In this document: piece after piece, positions 1-10,716 of the stretch
Position numbering within the stretch: the stretch's first letter is position 1
How the letters are laid out: each line of letters begins with the position of its first letter
Assembly: GCA_965232515.1 (NCBI GenBank)
Contig: CBDDPY010000002.1
Location: 6,336,001 to 6,400,000, forward strand
Length of the DNA: 64,000 bases
Origin: Alphaproteobacteria bacterium
GTDB taxonomy: Bacteria; Pseudomonadota; Alphaproteobacteria; GCA-2731375
Reading direction: 5' to 3'
Notes under the pieces: generated by a model
What the model was told of the DNA's origin: nothing
The model's input: only the letters and a program-made list of their open reading frames with translations
Databases searched by the model: none
Program-made: the position numbers and the translations under genes

Positions 1-695
1 TAGCCGGCGGCGAGCGTATCGGTCGCCCGGCGCACCTGGGCGGTGCGCTCCTTCTGTCGGGCGGCCGCCCCTGAAATCAGCGTTTCGACGATCGCCGGAT
101 CCGCTGTCTCCGGCGAGCCGGCGTTGAACGGCGGGTCGGGGGCGTATTCGATGCCGAGCTGTACGGCCTGGGCGACGGCCGGTCCACGAACTTCGGCGAT
201 CACCCGCAAGCCGAAGTCGATGCCGGCGGTGACGCCACCGCCGGTGATCAGATTGCCGTCCACCACCACGCGCTCGGCCACCGGCTCGGCCCCGAACGCG
301 GTCAGCATGTCGCGCGACATCCAGTGCGTCGCCGCCCGCCGTCCCTTCAGCAAGCCGGCGGCGCCGAGCACCAGCGAGCCGGTGCAGACCGACGTGATGT
401 ACGACACCTTGGCCGTTTGCTCGCGCAGGAAGTCGAGCACCTCCGCGTCGGTCAACAGCCGGTTCATGCCTGGGCCGCCCGGGACGCAGATCATGTCGAG
501 CGATGGGCAGTCGGCCATGGTCGTCGTCGGCGTGATCGTCAGGCCGGTGTCCGAGGTAACCGGATCGAGCGTGTGTGCAATGAGGTGTGTTTTACAGCCC
601 GGCATGCGCGCCAGCACCTCGAATGGGCCGGTCAGGTCGAGCTGTGTCAGATCGGGGAACAGCAAAAAGCCGACATGAAACGGTTGGTCAGACAT
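1..695 (-). CDS. DJ-1/PfpI family protein (isonitrile hydratase InhA-like); stop codon cut by window edge
   Basis: Not in ORF track. Translated by hand from ATG at 695: MSDQPFHVGFLLFPDLTQLDLTGPFEVL...ICVPGG...TSVCTGSLVLGAAGLLKGRRAATHW. AGGAG RBS upstream; 231 codons then TA at window end. Confidence 0.9.
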   Translation of the reverse strand, partial: MSDQPFHVGFLLFPDLTQLDLTGPFEVLARMPGCKTHLIAHTLDPVTSDTGLTITPTTTMADCPSLDMICVPGGPGMNRLLTDAEVLDFLREQTAKVSYITSVCTGSLVLGAAGLLKGRRAATHWMSRDMLTAFGAEPVAERVVVDGNLITGGGVTAGIDFGLRVIAEVRGPAVAQAVQLGIEYAPDPPFNAGSPETADPAIVETLISGAAARQKERTAQVRRATDTLAAG

Positions 696-789
696 GACGA
701 ACGGTCTCCTCGAATTGCCGATCCAAGCATATGCCGGCCGGCCGCGCGATGAATGACAATCCGGCCACGGTTTCTGCCAATGACAACGA

Positions 790-2367
790 CTAGAACTGTT
801 TCTGCATGCGGCGAAATCGACGCGCCTTCCGCGATATCCGCAGGGCGTCGCCCAGCGTGTGCACGCCGTGTTCTTCCGCCAGGTCCAGCAGTTTCAGGAA
901 CACCGCCGCCGTGACCCGCGCATCGCCGAGGGCGGTATGGCGGTCCGTCACGTCGATGTCGAAACGCTCGGCGATCGAATCCAAACGATGGTCGTGCTCC
1001 TTCCGGGAGAGTACGGCGGACAGCAACAGCGTGCAGAGCACCGGTTGGTCGAAGCGAACGCCGCTGGCATCCTCCTGCAGCGACAGGAACTTCATATCGA
1101 AGGCGGCGTTGTGGGCGACTAGGACGTCGTTGTCGCAGTAGGCGTGGAATTTCGGCAGCACATCTGCCGCGCCAGGGACGTCGGCGACCATCTCGTCGGT
1201 GATGCCGTGGAACTTGATCGAGGCCGGTGGGATCGGCATTCCGGGGTTGACCAGGCTCTCGAAGGCATCGTCGGCATGAACGCCCTGCCCGTCGACGCGC
1301 AAGCCGGCGATCTGCACAATTCTGTCACCGTGCGATGGCCGTAGGCCGGTGGTCTCGGTATCGAAGACCACGAAGCGCAATGACCGCAACGGGCGATCGG
1401 CCAGATCGAGCAGGTCCGGTTCCGGCGGCAGCTCGCCCGGATGATAGACCGGCCGCTCCGGCAGCGGTGGTCCGTTGCGTCTCGGCATCAGCCGCACGAT
1501 GACAGGATGCTCCCATAGTGACGGCAGCGCGACGCCGGCCATGACCAACAGCACGGCGGCGAGATCCGTCGGCGTTACGGTCTCGCCGAGGAAGATCGCC
1601 GCCATGGGGATCGCCAACGGTCCGACCAGGGCAGGAAACAGGCTGATCCGGCCGACGGTCAGGTGCCGCAGCGCGAAGTTGTAGAGCAGGAACGGACCGG
1701 CCGTGGCGGCCGCGCCGAGATAGAGGATCAGAAGCGTCGTGTCGGTATCGAATCCCTGCAGCGGCTGTGCCGGCCGTTCGATGGCGATAAACGCCAGAGC
1801 CGCGATCACGATGGCCATGGACATCTGATAGGCGGTGACCACCATCGGCTCGGCCTGCGATTGCGCGACGCGCCGCGCGATCAGCGCGTTCGCGCAGGCG
1901 CAAAGCACGCCGGCCATCGCCAGCACATCGCCGAAGAGCGAGCCTTGCCCGAGGTCGCTCTGGTTCCAGACCAGCAGCATCGTGCCGCCGAACGCCAGGC
2001 AGGCGCCCAGCATGATGCTCATCTGCAGCCGTTCGTGCAGGAAAATCCGCGCCAGGATGGGCAGCAACAGGGGCATCAGGCTCCAGAACACGGCCACATT
2101 GACGGCGACCGTGTGCGACAGGCCCCAGATCATGAACAGCGAAACCAGGCCCGGGTCCAGCAGACCCATCAGCAGCGGCCGTTTGCCGACCTGGTTCAAC
2201 CCTGCGCGCCGGCGGGTCGCCAGCACGAGAAGCCAGAGCGCGCCCGCCGCGAACAGGAACCGGCCAGCCGCCACCTCGGTGACGGCAAGCGTCGCGACGG
2301 CGACCTTGCTGCCGACCACCGACGACGACCACAGCAGGGTCGCGAGCAGCATCGCGAGCACGGGCAT
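790..2367 (-). CDS. EamA/DMT family transporter fused to C-terminal DEDDh (DnaQ-like) 3'-5' exonuclease domain
   Basis: N-terminal ~285 aa with ~10 hydrophobic helices and EamA repeats (IFLHERL, GDVLA, IFLGET). C-terminal FVVFDTETTG, LVAHNAAFD, HTALGDA motifs (ExoI/II/III). Confidence 0.85.
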   Translation of the reverse strand: MPVLAMLLATLLWSSSVVGSKVAVATLAVTEVAAGRFLFAAGALWLLVLATRRRAGLNQVGKRPLLMGLLDPGLVSLFMIWGLSHTVAVNVAVFWSLMPLLLPILARIFLHERLQMSIMLGACLAFGGTMLLVWNQSDLGQGSLFGDVLAMAGVLCACANALIARRVAQSQAEPMVVTAYQMSMAIVIAALAFIAIERPAQPLQGFDTDTTLLILYLGAAATAGPFLLYNFALRHLTVGRISLFPALVGPLAIPMAAIFLGETVTPTDLAAVLLVMAGVALPSLWEHPVIVRLMPRRNGPPLPERPVYHPGELPPEPDLLDLADRPLRSLRFVVFDTETTGLRPSHGDRIVQIAGLRVDGQGVHADDAFESLVNPGMPIPPASIKFHGITDEMVADVPGAADVLPKFHAYCDNDVLVAHNAAFDMKFLSLQEDASGVRFDQPVLCTLLLSAVLSRKEHDHRLDSIAERFDIDVTDRHTALGDARVTAAVFLKLLDLAEEHGVHTLGDALRISRKARRFRRMQKQF

Positions 2368-2441
2368 GCTTGGATCTCAAATCGCTTCCGGGATCACCAG
2401 CATAAGCGCCCCGGCGTACACGCGATAGAACGGCTGTTGGC

Positions 2442-5018
2442 CTATTTTGTCTGCATCGTCCAGACGCCGTCCCAGTCGTCGCCCGGCGGGCTTTGCTGAT
2501 AGTGCTGAATGCGCGCCAGATAGAGCTGCGCCAGTTTGTCTTCGGGCAACAGCGTGGCGGCGCGCTCGAACAAGGTTCTGGCGCCCTGCCAATCCCGGCG
2601 TCGGAACGCGGCCATACCGTCGGCCTGGAATTCGAACGCCCGTCGACCGTCATCGCCGACCTGGTCGGCGCGATAACCGAACGCCTCGAAGATTCGGACC
2701 GGCTCGGCTTTGCCTTTCACCCGCAGCATATCGATTTCGCGGAAGTGTCTACGGTCCTTTACGCGGTCAAGCGTGTATTCGCTGACCAGGATCGGCGTGC
2801 CGTAGTATTTGGTCGCGCTTTCGAGACGCGCGGTCAGGTTCACCGCGTCGCCGATCACGGTGTAGTCCATCCGCTTCGGCGAGCCGATGCTGCCGGCAAC
2901 CGCCTCGCCCGTATTGATGCCGATGCCGTGTTCGATCATCAGCTTGCCGGCATCCGCGCGCCGGGCGTTCAGGGCCGCCAGCGCCAGCATCATCTCGTTT
3001 GCCGCGTCGACCGCGTTCTGCTCGTCCGCCTCGCTTTCGAACGGCGCGCCGAACGCCGCCATGATCGCGTCGCCGATATACTTGTCCAGGATGCCGTGCC
3101 GATGGTCGATGATGTCGACCATGTCGGTAAAATACTCGTTCAGCATGGCGACGGTGGCGCGGGGGCCGATCGTCTCCGAGATCGAGGTGAAGCTGCGGAT
3201 GTCGGTGAACAGCAGGGTGATGCGCTGGGCCCGTCCCTCGAGCACGTCGCGATGCCCTTCCAGCACCCGGTCGACGACCTGCTTCGGCATGTAGCGCGCC
3301 ATGGTGCCGCGCACCCGCTTCTCGGCCGACAGGTCCTCAAGGATCAGCATCTGGCCGATGAACTCCTCGTTCACGCTGATCAACGGTACCGCGGCCAGAT
3401 TGACCGAGACCTTGTTGGCGTCGGCGGTCGCGACGTCGACATCGAGCGAATGATCGCTCTCGCCGCTCGCGGAGACACGTTCCAGGATCGGCAGGATCCA
3501 GTCGTTGCCGGGGCCGAACACGGCGGCGGCGTCGCTGCCGACGACATCTTCCTCGGACCAGCCGAGAATGCGCTGGGCGGCCGCATTCACCTTCGCCACC
3601 CGCTGATCGCTGTCGAACGAAATGACGCCGTTGCTCAGGCTCTTGAGGATGCTCTCGTCATAGTTTTTCAGATTCAGAATATCCTCGAACATCTGGGCGT
3701 TCTCGATGGCGATCGCCGCCTGCGCGCACATCGCCCGCAAACGCCGTTCGTCGCGCTCGCCGAATACGTCGCCGTTCTTGTTCAGAACCTGAATGACGCC
3801 GAGGCACTTGTCGGTCTTGTTTATGACCGGCATGCACAGCATGTTGCGGGTCTGAAATCCCGTCTTGCGATCGAAGTCGCGGTTGAAACGCGGATCGGCA
3901 TAAGCGTCGGTCAGATTGATGGTTTCGCGGCCGCTAAACGCGGCGCCCGCCAGACCCGAGTCCGGCGACAGATAAATAATCTCCGAATCGATCCCTTCGG
4001 CGACACGTGACCAAAGCCGGCCCTGCTTCTCGTCAAAGAGAAACAAGGTGCTGCGTTCGGCGTCGAGCAGCTGCGTCGCGCCGTTGGTGATCTGGGTCAG
4101 CAGCTTGTCGAGGTGGAGTTGCTCCGATATGGCGCTGGTAATCTCCAGCAGCTTTGCTTCGCGCCGTTCGCGCTGGACCAAGCCTTGGCCCATGTCGCTC
4201 AAACTGCGGGCCACCAGGCCCAATTCGTCGGGCCGCGAACCGTCGAGGCTGATATCGAATTTGCCGTTGGCCACGTCGGTCAACGCGCTGCGGATCGAGT
4301 CGCAGTCCTCGTGCAACGCCCGGCCGTAGCGCGAAGCGACAATTAGGGCGGTGCCGACAAAGACGACGCCGACGAAGGCCACCTCGATTGCGTCACCTAG
4401 TTGTGCATGACCCTGATAGACCATGCGGAACATCAGCATGACGAGGATAATCGATGGCACCAGCGTGAAGACCGCATAGCTCTCCATCAGTCGTTGCGTA
4501 ATACGTTCGACAGCCCGTACCGCAGCCGATGCACCTGCCGACCGGCGACGGAAGTACCGCTCGAGAGCGATGTACTCCAACTGCGACAGGATGCCGCCGC
4601 CCAACGCCCAATAGCCCGACAGCAGCTTGGCGTGGCTCTCGACCGGGAAGTCGGGGTAGAGCGATATGTGCAGGCCCATGGCCAGCACGCCGGCGACCAG
4701 CCAGGATAGAACCGACAGATACATGCCGTGCCGCGCCACCGACGCCTGTCCCCAGGGCGACGGGAGCAGTCGATAGAGCGCCTCGCGCAGGCCGATCTGC
4801 ACCAGGCAGATCGCGCCCAACCCGGCCAACAGACGGGCCAGCGAAAGGCTGTCGACAAAGGGACAGACCAGTCGCCCATAGAAACTCAGAAACAGCACGG
4901 CGGCGACAGCGATCAGATGCAATTGCCAGCGGGTTTGCCAATCCACGGCGTCGAGGGTTGGGCGGCCACTTGCGGCCGTTGGTCCGGCATTTCCGGTTTC
5001 AGTCGCGATTGACGACAT
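2442..5018 (-). CDS. Membrane-anchored class III adenylate cyclase (TM-HAMP-GAF-PAS-cyclase-TPR-like tail)
   Basis: [19 protein letters not shown] and [17 protein letters not shown] catalytic motifs; GAF motif DAYADPRFN...INK...F...DE; HAMP '[12 protein letters not shown]'. Start taken at ATG 5018 (MSSIATE). Confidence 0.9.
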   Translation of the reverse strand: MSSIATETGNAGPTAASGRPTLDAVDWQTRWQLHLIAVAAVLFLSFYGRLVCPFVDSLSLARLLAGLGAICLVQIGLREALYRLLPSPWGQASVARHGMYLSVLSWLVAGVLAMGLHISLYPDFPVESHAKLLSGYWALGGGILSQLEYIALERYFRRRSAGASAAVRAVERITQRLMESYAVFTLVPSIILVMLMFRMVYQGHAQLGDAIEVAFVGVVFVGTALIVASRYGRALHEDCDSIRSALTDVANGKFDISLDGSRPDELGLVARSLSDMGQGLVQRERREAKLLEITSAISEQLHLDKLLTQITNGATQLLDAERSTLFLFDEKQGRLWSRVAEGIDSEIIYLSPDSGLAGAAFSGRETINLTDAYADPRFNRDFDRKTGFQTRNMLCMPVINKTDKCLGVIQVLNKNGDVFGERDERRLRAMCAQAAIAIENAQMFEDILNLKNYDESILKSLSNGVISFDSDQRVAKVNAAAQRILGWSEEDVVGSDAAAVFGPGNDWILPILERVSASGESDHSLDVDVATADANKVSVNLAAVPLISVNEEFIGQMLILEDLSAEKRVRGTMARYMPKQVVDRVLEGHRDVLEGRAQRITLLFTDIRSFTSISETIGPRATVAMLNEYFTDMVDIIDHRHGILDKYIGDAIMAAFGAPFESEADEQNAVDAANEMMLALAALNARRADAGKLMIEHGIGINTGEAVAGSIGSPKRMDYTVIGDAVNLTARLESATKYYGTPILVSEYTLDRVKDRRHFREIDMLRVKGKAEPVRIFEAFGYRADQVGDDGRRAFEFQADGMAAFRRRDWQGARTLFERAATLLPEDKLAQLYLARIQHYQQSPPGDDWDGVWTMQTK

Positions 5019-5191
5019 GGCGCAGCGTCCTGGATGGTCGGTCTGGTGTATCGAGTATAGACGATCGGCGGGCGATCTCGTGTGATCGCATTCATATTGT
5101 GGGAAAAGCGCCGGTATTTGCGGCGCGCCGGCGATTGCGCCAGGCCTGTCGATTGGATACAAGGGCGCCGGTTTCGACAGCGGAGCGGGCA

Positions 5192-6874
<1,683 letters not shown>

Positions 6875-6888
6875 GGGAGCGCTAACGC

Positions 6889-7512
6889 CTACTGATTTCT
6901 AAGTTCGTCGAGCTTGAGCTTCAGCTCTTCGATCAGCCCGTCGACGCTGCCGCCTTTCCGCTGAATGACGGATGCGAACTCCGCGCGTTGAGTCAGCGCC
7001 AAGCTGACCCCTTCGACGACGACATCGACGATCTTCGGACCGTTGTTGGTGCCGCGTACCCGCCAGTGCACCGTTACCGGCGCCCCGTCGGGCGAATTGA
7101 CGCGGCTTTCGACGATGGCGCCGCGCGGTCCGTCGGTGCGCTCGTTGACGACCTGGAATGTCTGTCCACTGTAGCGGCCCAAATTCGCCACCAGATAGTC
7201 GATGACATACTCGACGAACAGGGTCTGATATTCGGTCTGTTGGGTTTCGGTCGAGACCCGCCAGTAACGACCCAGAACGAAGCGCGAGATCGTGTTGACC
7301 GCGAACCCCTTTTTGAGCAGGCGACGAACCTCACGCTGCTGCTCGTCGCGCGCCATCTCTTTGTTGGTCAGCAGGCCGAGCGTCTCGCTTCCGAGCTGCT
7401 CAATCAGTTCGGCCGCTTCGCCCGTATCGAGCGATTCGGAATGTGCCGCGACTCCGGAACATACCACCCAGACACCGATGATGGCCGGCAGTACATGCCG
7501 GCAGGCGCGCAT
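6889..7512 (-). CDS. mlaC: MlaC/Ttg2D family periplasmic phospholipid-binding protein
   Basis: Signal peptide; SRFVLGRYWR and KIVDVVVEGVSLALTQRAEF motifs; directly downstream of mlaA. Confidence 0.85.
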   Translation of the reverse strand: MRACRHVLPAIIGVWVVCSGVAAHSESLDTGEAAELIEQLGSETLGLLTNKEMARDEQQREVRRLLKKGFAVNTISRFVLGRYWRVSTETQQTEYQTLFVEYVIDYLVANLGRYSGQTFQVVNERTDGPRGAIVESRVNSPDGAPVTVHWRVRGTNNGPKIVDVVVEGVSLALTQRAEFASVIQRKGGSVDGLIEELKLKLDELRNQ

Positions 7513-7528
7513 GAGAGCGGAAGCCGAC

Positions 7529-8479
7529 CTACTCGGTTTTCGCGGAGACCCGCTCCTGCTCGTCGTCATCCTCGAATTCGATGGAGATTTCCGGAATGGG
7601 AGTGTCGTCGGCGTTGTCATTCAGAATTTGGGAACGACGGAACTGTCTGTAAAGGCTTCGGACGGTGGCGTAGTAGTCGATCGACGTGCGTTCGATCTCG
7701 TCGAGCGTTTCGATGTTCCGTGAGCGGCGGTCCAGGCCCTCGACGCCAAACCGGGCAATGCTTACGCCGGTTGACGTTACGTATCCCAGCGGATCGAGGA
7801 ACGTGTCCACGACCAGTCCGGTTGCGTCGCGCGGATTCGACGGTCCCAGAATCGGTAGCACCAGATAAGGGCCCTCCGAGACCTCGTAGACGCCGAGCGT
7901 TTGTCCGAAATCCTCGTCGTGGAACGGGATCCCGCCCTCGAGATCCGGATTGTCGCCGGCCGCCACATCGAACACACCGCCGACGCCGATGAACGTGTTG
8001 GTGGCGAACCGGCCGAAGGTCTGACTGGCGCGTTCGGTCTCGCCCTGGAAGACATCGTTGGCGAAGATCACCGGCGAGCGCAGATTGACCAGGAAGTTCC
8101 GCACGCCGTCGCGCACGGGCAGGGGCAACGTGCCGCGGTAGATCTCTGCGGCCGGCCGCAGAAACAGCCGGTCCAGGCCCAGGTTGACTTCGAAGAAATA
8201 GCGATTCAGTGGCTCGATCGGGTCGTTCGCTTCCTCAAACGCCGCCATCGCCTCTTCATCGTCGGCTGGGGGCGGCGTAGCGCAGGCCGACACCGAAACG
8301 ATGAGCGTTGCGGCGGCAAACAACTGCCACGGCTTGTAATTCTCTACACGCCGCCTCGATTTATCGAAAAGCCTGGATGTCACAATCGCCTCAACTGCCG
8401 TTTCACGCGAGCATTCGGTTGCGCCGATATTGTCATTATCGCTGGAAGAAAAAGTTAATCGGACCCGTCGAGACGTCAA
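7529..8479 (-). CDS. mlaA: MlaA/VacJ family lipoprotein (true start probably further downstream)
   Basis: Lipobox VSAC; NDPIEPLNR, EDFGQTLG, GPYLVLPILGPSNPRD motifs. Confidence 0.9.
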   Translation of the reverse strand: MTSRRVRLTFSSSDNDNIGATECSRETAVEAIVTSRLFDKSRRRVENYKPWQLFAAATLIVSVSACATPPPADDEEAMAAFEEANDPIEPLNRYFFEVNLGLDRLFLRPAAEIYRGTLPLPVRDGVRNFLVNLRSPVIFANDVFQGETERASQTFGRFATNTFIGVGGVFDVAAGDNPDLEGGIPFHDEDFGQTLGVYEVSEGPYLVLPILGPSNPRDATGLVVDTFLDPLGYVTSTGVSIARFGVEGLDRRSRNIETLDEIERTSIDYYATVRSLYRQFRRSQILNDNADDTPIPEISIEFEDDDEQERVSAKTE

Positions 8480-8650
8480 CTATTAACCCCAGCTTGATAC
8501 GGCGTTGGTATCACAATGCAATTGCGTTGACTAGAAGTCGGGAATGAAGCCGTGAAGGTTCCGCAACGATTGTGGCGGAAATGTCGCGCGTGTGCCGGTT
8601 GACCGCGGTCCCATCTTTCGCGATGTTAGCGACCTGTTAACTTGAAAAAT

Positions 8651-8670
8651 ATATAAAGATATGTTTATGT
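8651..8670. promoter_or_regulatory. Probable SahR operator overlapping the sahR-metF-metH promoter
   Basis: ATATAAAGATATGTTTATGT is a 20-bp near-palindrome (16/20) lying between TTGAAA (8642) and TATGTT (8666). It resembles the ATAAAG-N4-CTTTAT type SahR site. Confidence 0.7.
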
Positions 8671-8764
8671 TTGTAGCGCTGCCCTGGTCCGGACGCTCAC
8701 CGGCCAGATGCCGCCCGGTAGGCCGATTGCCGGTTAGCGCTTGGGAGTACTTCGGAGCTTAGTC

Positions 8765-9739
8765 ATGGATCGTCTGTTGACCGGGTTGCGGGCCGCGGCG
8801 GAGCCGACGCGATTGAGATTGCTGGCGCTGTGCGCGCACTCCGAGTTGACCGTTACCGAGCTCACGCAGATTCTCAGCCAGAGTCAGCCGCGCGTCTCCC
8901 GGCATCTGAAGTTGTTGTGCGAGGCCGGCCTGTTGGACCGCTTCCGCGAGGGCACTTGGGCGTTCTACCGACTGGCGGAAGACAGCTCGTGCGCCTATCT
9001 GGCACGCACGCTGATCGACCTCATTCCTGAGGACGACCCGGCGCTGGCGCGCGATCTTGAACGTTTGCAGCGGATCAAAGAGGCCCGGGCCCGGGCGGCG
9101 GCCGAATACTTCCGGGCCAATGCCGAAAGCTGGGACGAGATTCGCGCAATGTATGTGGCCGATGCCGATCTGGAGCAAGCCATGCTCGAGGCGGTCGGCG
9201 ATCAGAAGATCGAAGACTTTCTCGATATCGGCACGGGAACCGGGCGTATCCTCGAGGTGTTCGCGCCGCTCACTCGCCGCGGCCTCGGCGTTGATCTGAG
9301 TCACGAGATGCTTCGCGTGGCGCGCGCCAATCTGGAGAAAGCCGGCTTCCGCCATTGCCAGGTCCGGCAGGGCGATATGTATAACCTGTCGCTCGACAAC
9401 GCGAGCTTCGACCTCGCGATCATTCACCATGTGCTGCATTTCGCCGAGGACCCCCGGCAGGTCATTGCCGAGGCCGGTCGCGTGCTACGGCCCGGCGGAC
9501 AGCTCATCATCGCGGATTTCGCACCCCATACGCAGGAGTTCCTGCGCGACGAGCATCAACATCGCTGGTTGGGCTTCGACGAGGCCGAGGTGTCGCGCTG
9601 GTGCCTGGCGGCGGGTCTTGAGCCCGGTCCGGCCCGCCGGCTCGACGGTTCGCATTTGAACGTGCTGCTGTGGCGGGCGCGACGGCCGAACCGGACGGGC
9701 CGTGGTGCCGCTGCGGCGCGAACCATTCAGGAGACATGA
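8765..9739 (+). CDS. sahR: ArsR-family HTH plus SAM-methyltransferase-like regulator of methionine metabolism (SahR)
   Basis: ArsR HTH (SQPRVSRHLKLL) plus MTase domain (LDIGTGTG); overlaps metF start (ATGA). Confidence 0.85.
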   Translation: MDRLLTGLRAAAEPTRLRLLALCAHSELTVTELTQILSQSQPRVSRHLKLLCEAGLLDRFREGTWAFYRLAEDSSCAYLARTLIDLIPEDDPALARDLERLQRIKEARARAAAEYFRANAESWDEIRAMYVADADLEQAMLEAVGDQKIEDFLDIGTGTGRILEVFAPLTRRGLGVDLSHEMLRVARANLEKAGFRHCQVRQGDMYNLSLDNASFDLAIIHHVLHFAEDPRQVIAEAGRVLRPGGQLIIADFAPHTQEFLRDEHQHRWLGFDEAEVSRWCLAAGLEPGPARRLDGSHLNVLLWRARRPNRTGRGAAAARTIQET

Positions 9740-10689
9740 GTATGACCTTACGCCGTTCCTCCGGGACGCCTTCGTCGCAGATGCCGGTTGATGTCCTGAC
9801 CCACGGCATGCAGGTCTCGTTCGAATTCTTTCCGCCGAAGAACGCCGATGCCGAGGCGTCGCTTTGGCGCGCGGTGCAACGGCTTGCGCCACTGTCGCCG
9901 CGTTTCGTTTCGGTGACCTACGGCGCCGGCGGCTCGACCCGAGAGCGGACCCATGCGACGGTCAAGCGCATCGGCGCGGAGACCGCGCTGACGCCGGCCG
10001 CCCACCTGACCTGCGTCGGCGCCAGCCGGGACGAGATCGACGCGGTGGCGCGCGACTACTGGTCGGCCGGGATCCGGCACATCGTCGCCCTGCGTGGCGA
10101 TCCGCCCGACGGCGAAAGCACCTATCGTCCGCACCCCGACGGCTACGCCAATGCGGCGGAGCTGGTCACGGGCCTGAAGCGGGTCGCGGACTTCGAGATC
10201 AGCATCGCCGCCTACCCGGAAATCCACCCGGATTCGACCGGCAGCCAGGCCGACCTCGACAACCTGAAGCGCAAGCTCGACAACGGCGCGGCGCGCGCGA
10301 TCACGCAATACTTTTTCGATCCGGAGGTGTTCCTGCGTTTCGTCGACCGGGCGCGGGCCGCGGGTATCTGGGCGCCGATCGTGCCTGGCATCCTGCCGGT
10401 AACGAATTTCGCCACCGTGGTGCGCTTTTCCGAGATGTGCGGCGCTTCGGTGCCGGCTTGGCTCGCCCACATGTTCGAAGGTCTCGACGACGACCCGGAG
10501 ACACGCAAACTGGTCGCGGCGACGGTGGCCGCCGAGCAGTGCCGCAGCCTGCAAACGGCCGGCGTGAACGAGTTCCATTTTTATACGCTGAACCGCGCCG
10601 ACCTGACGCGGGCGATCTGTCACATCCTGGGCATGCGCCCTCAGGCAGACACGGCCGATCGGGCCGCGCCCGACGGTCTCGTCGCCTGA
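9736..10689 (+). CDS. metF: 5,10-methylenetetrahydrofolate reductase
   Basis: SFEFFPPK, VSVTYGAGGS, ALRGDPP, FHFYTLN motifs. Confidence 0.97.
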   Translation: MSMTLRRSSGTPSSQMPVDVLTHGMQVSFEFFPPKNADAEASLWRAVQRLAPLSPRFVSVTYGAGGSTRERTHATVKRIGAETALTPAAHLTCVGASRDEIDAVARDYWSAGIRHIVALRGDPPDGESTYRPHPDGYANAAELVTGLKRVADFEISIAAYPEIHPDSTGSQADLDNLKRKLDNGAARAITQYFFDPEVFLRFVDRARAAGIWAPIVPGILPVTNFATVVRFSEMCGASVPAWLAHMFEGLDDDPETRKLVAATVAAEQCRSLQTAGVNEFHFYTLNRADLTRAICHILGMRPQADTADRAAPDGLVA

Positions 10690-10716
10690 CCGAGACCTGT
10701 CTGGAACGACCTTGAT

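Noticed and set aside
764-780. Sigma-54 promoter upstream of the DJ-1 gene (TTGGCA...TGGC on the minus strand)
   Set aside because: GG-to-GC spacing is 11 nt rather than the required 10.
4529-5191. Apparent overlap of the extended ettA and cyclase ORFs
   Set aside because: With starts at 5192 (+) and 5018 (-) the genes are simply divergent.
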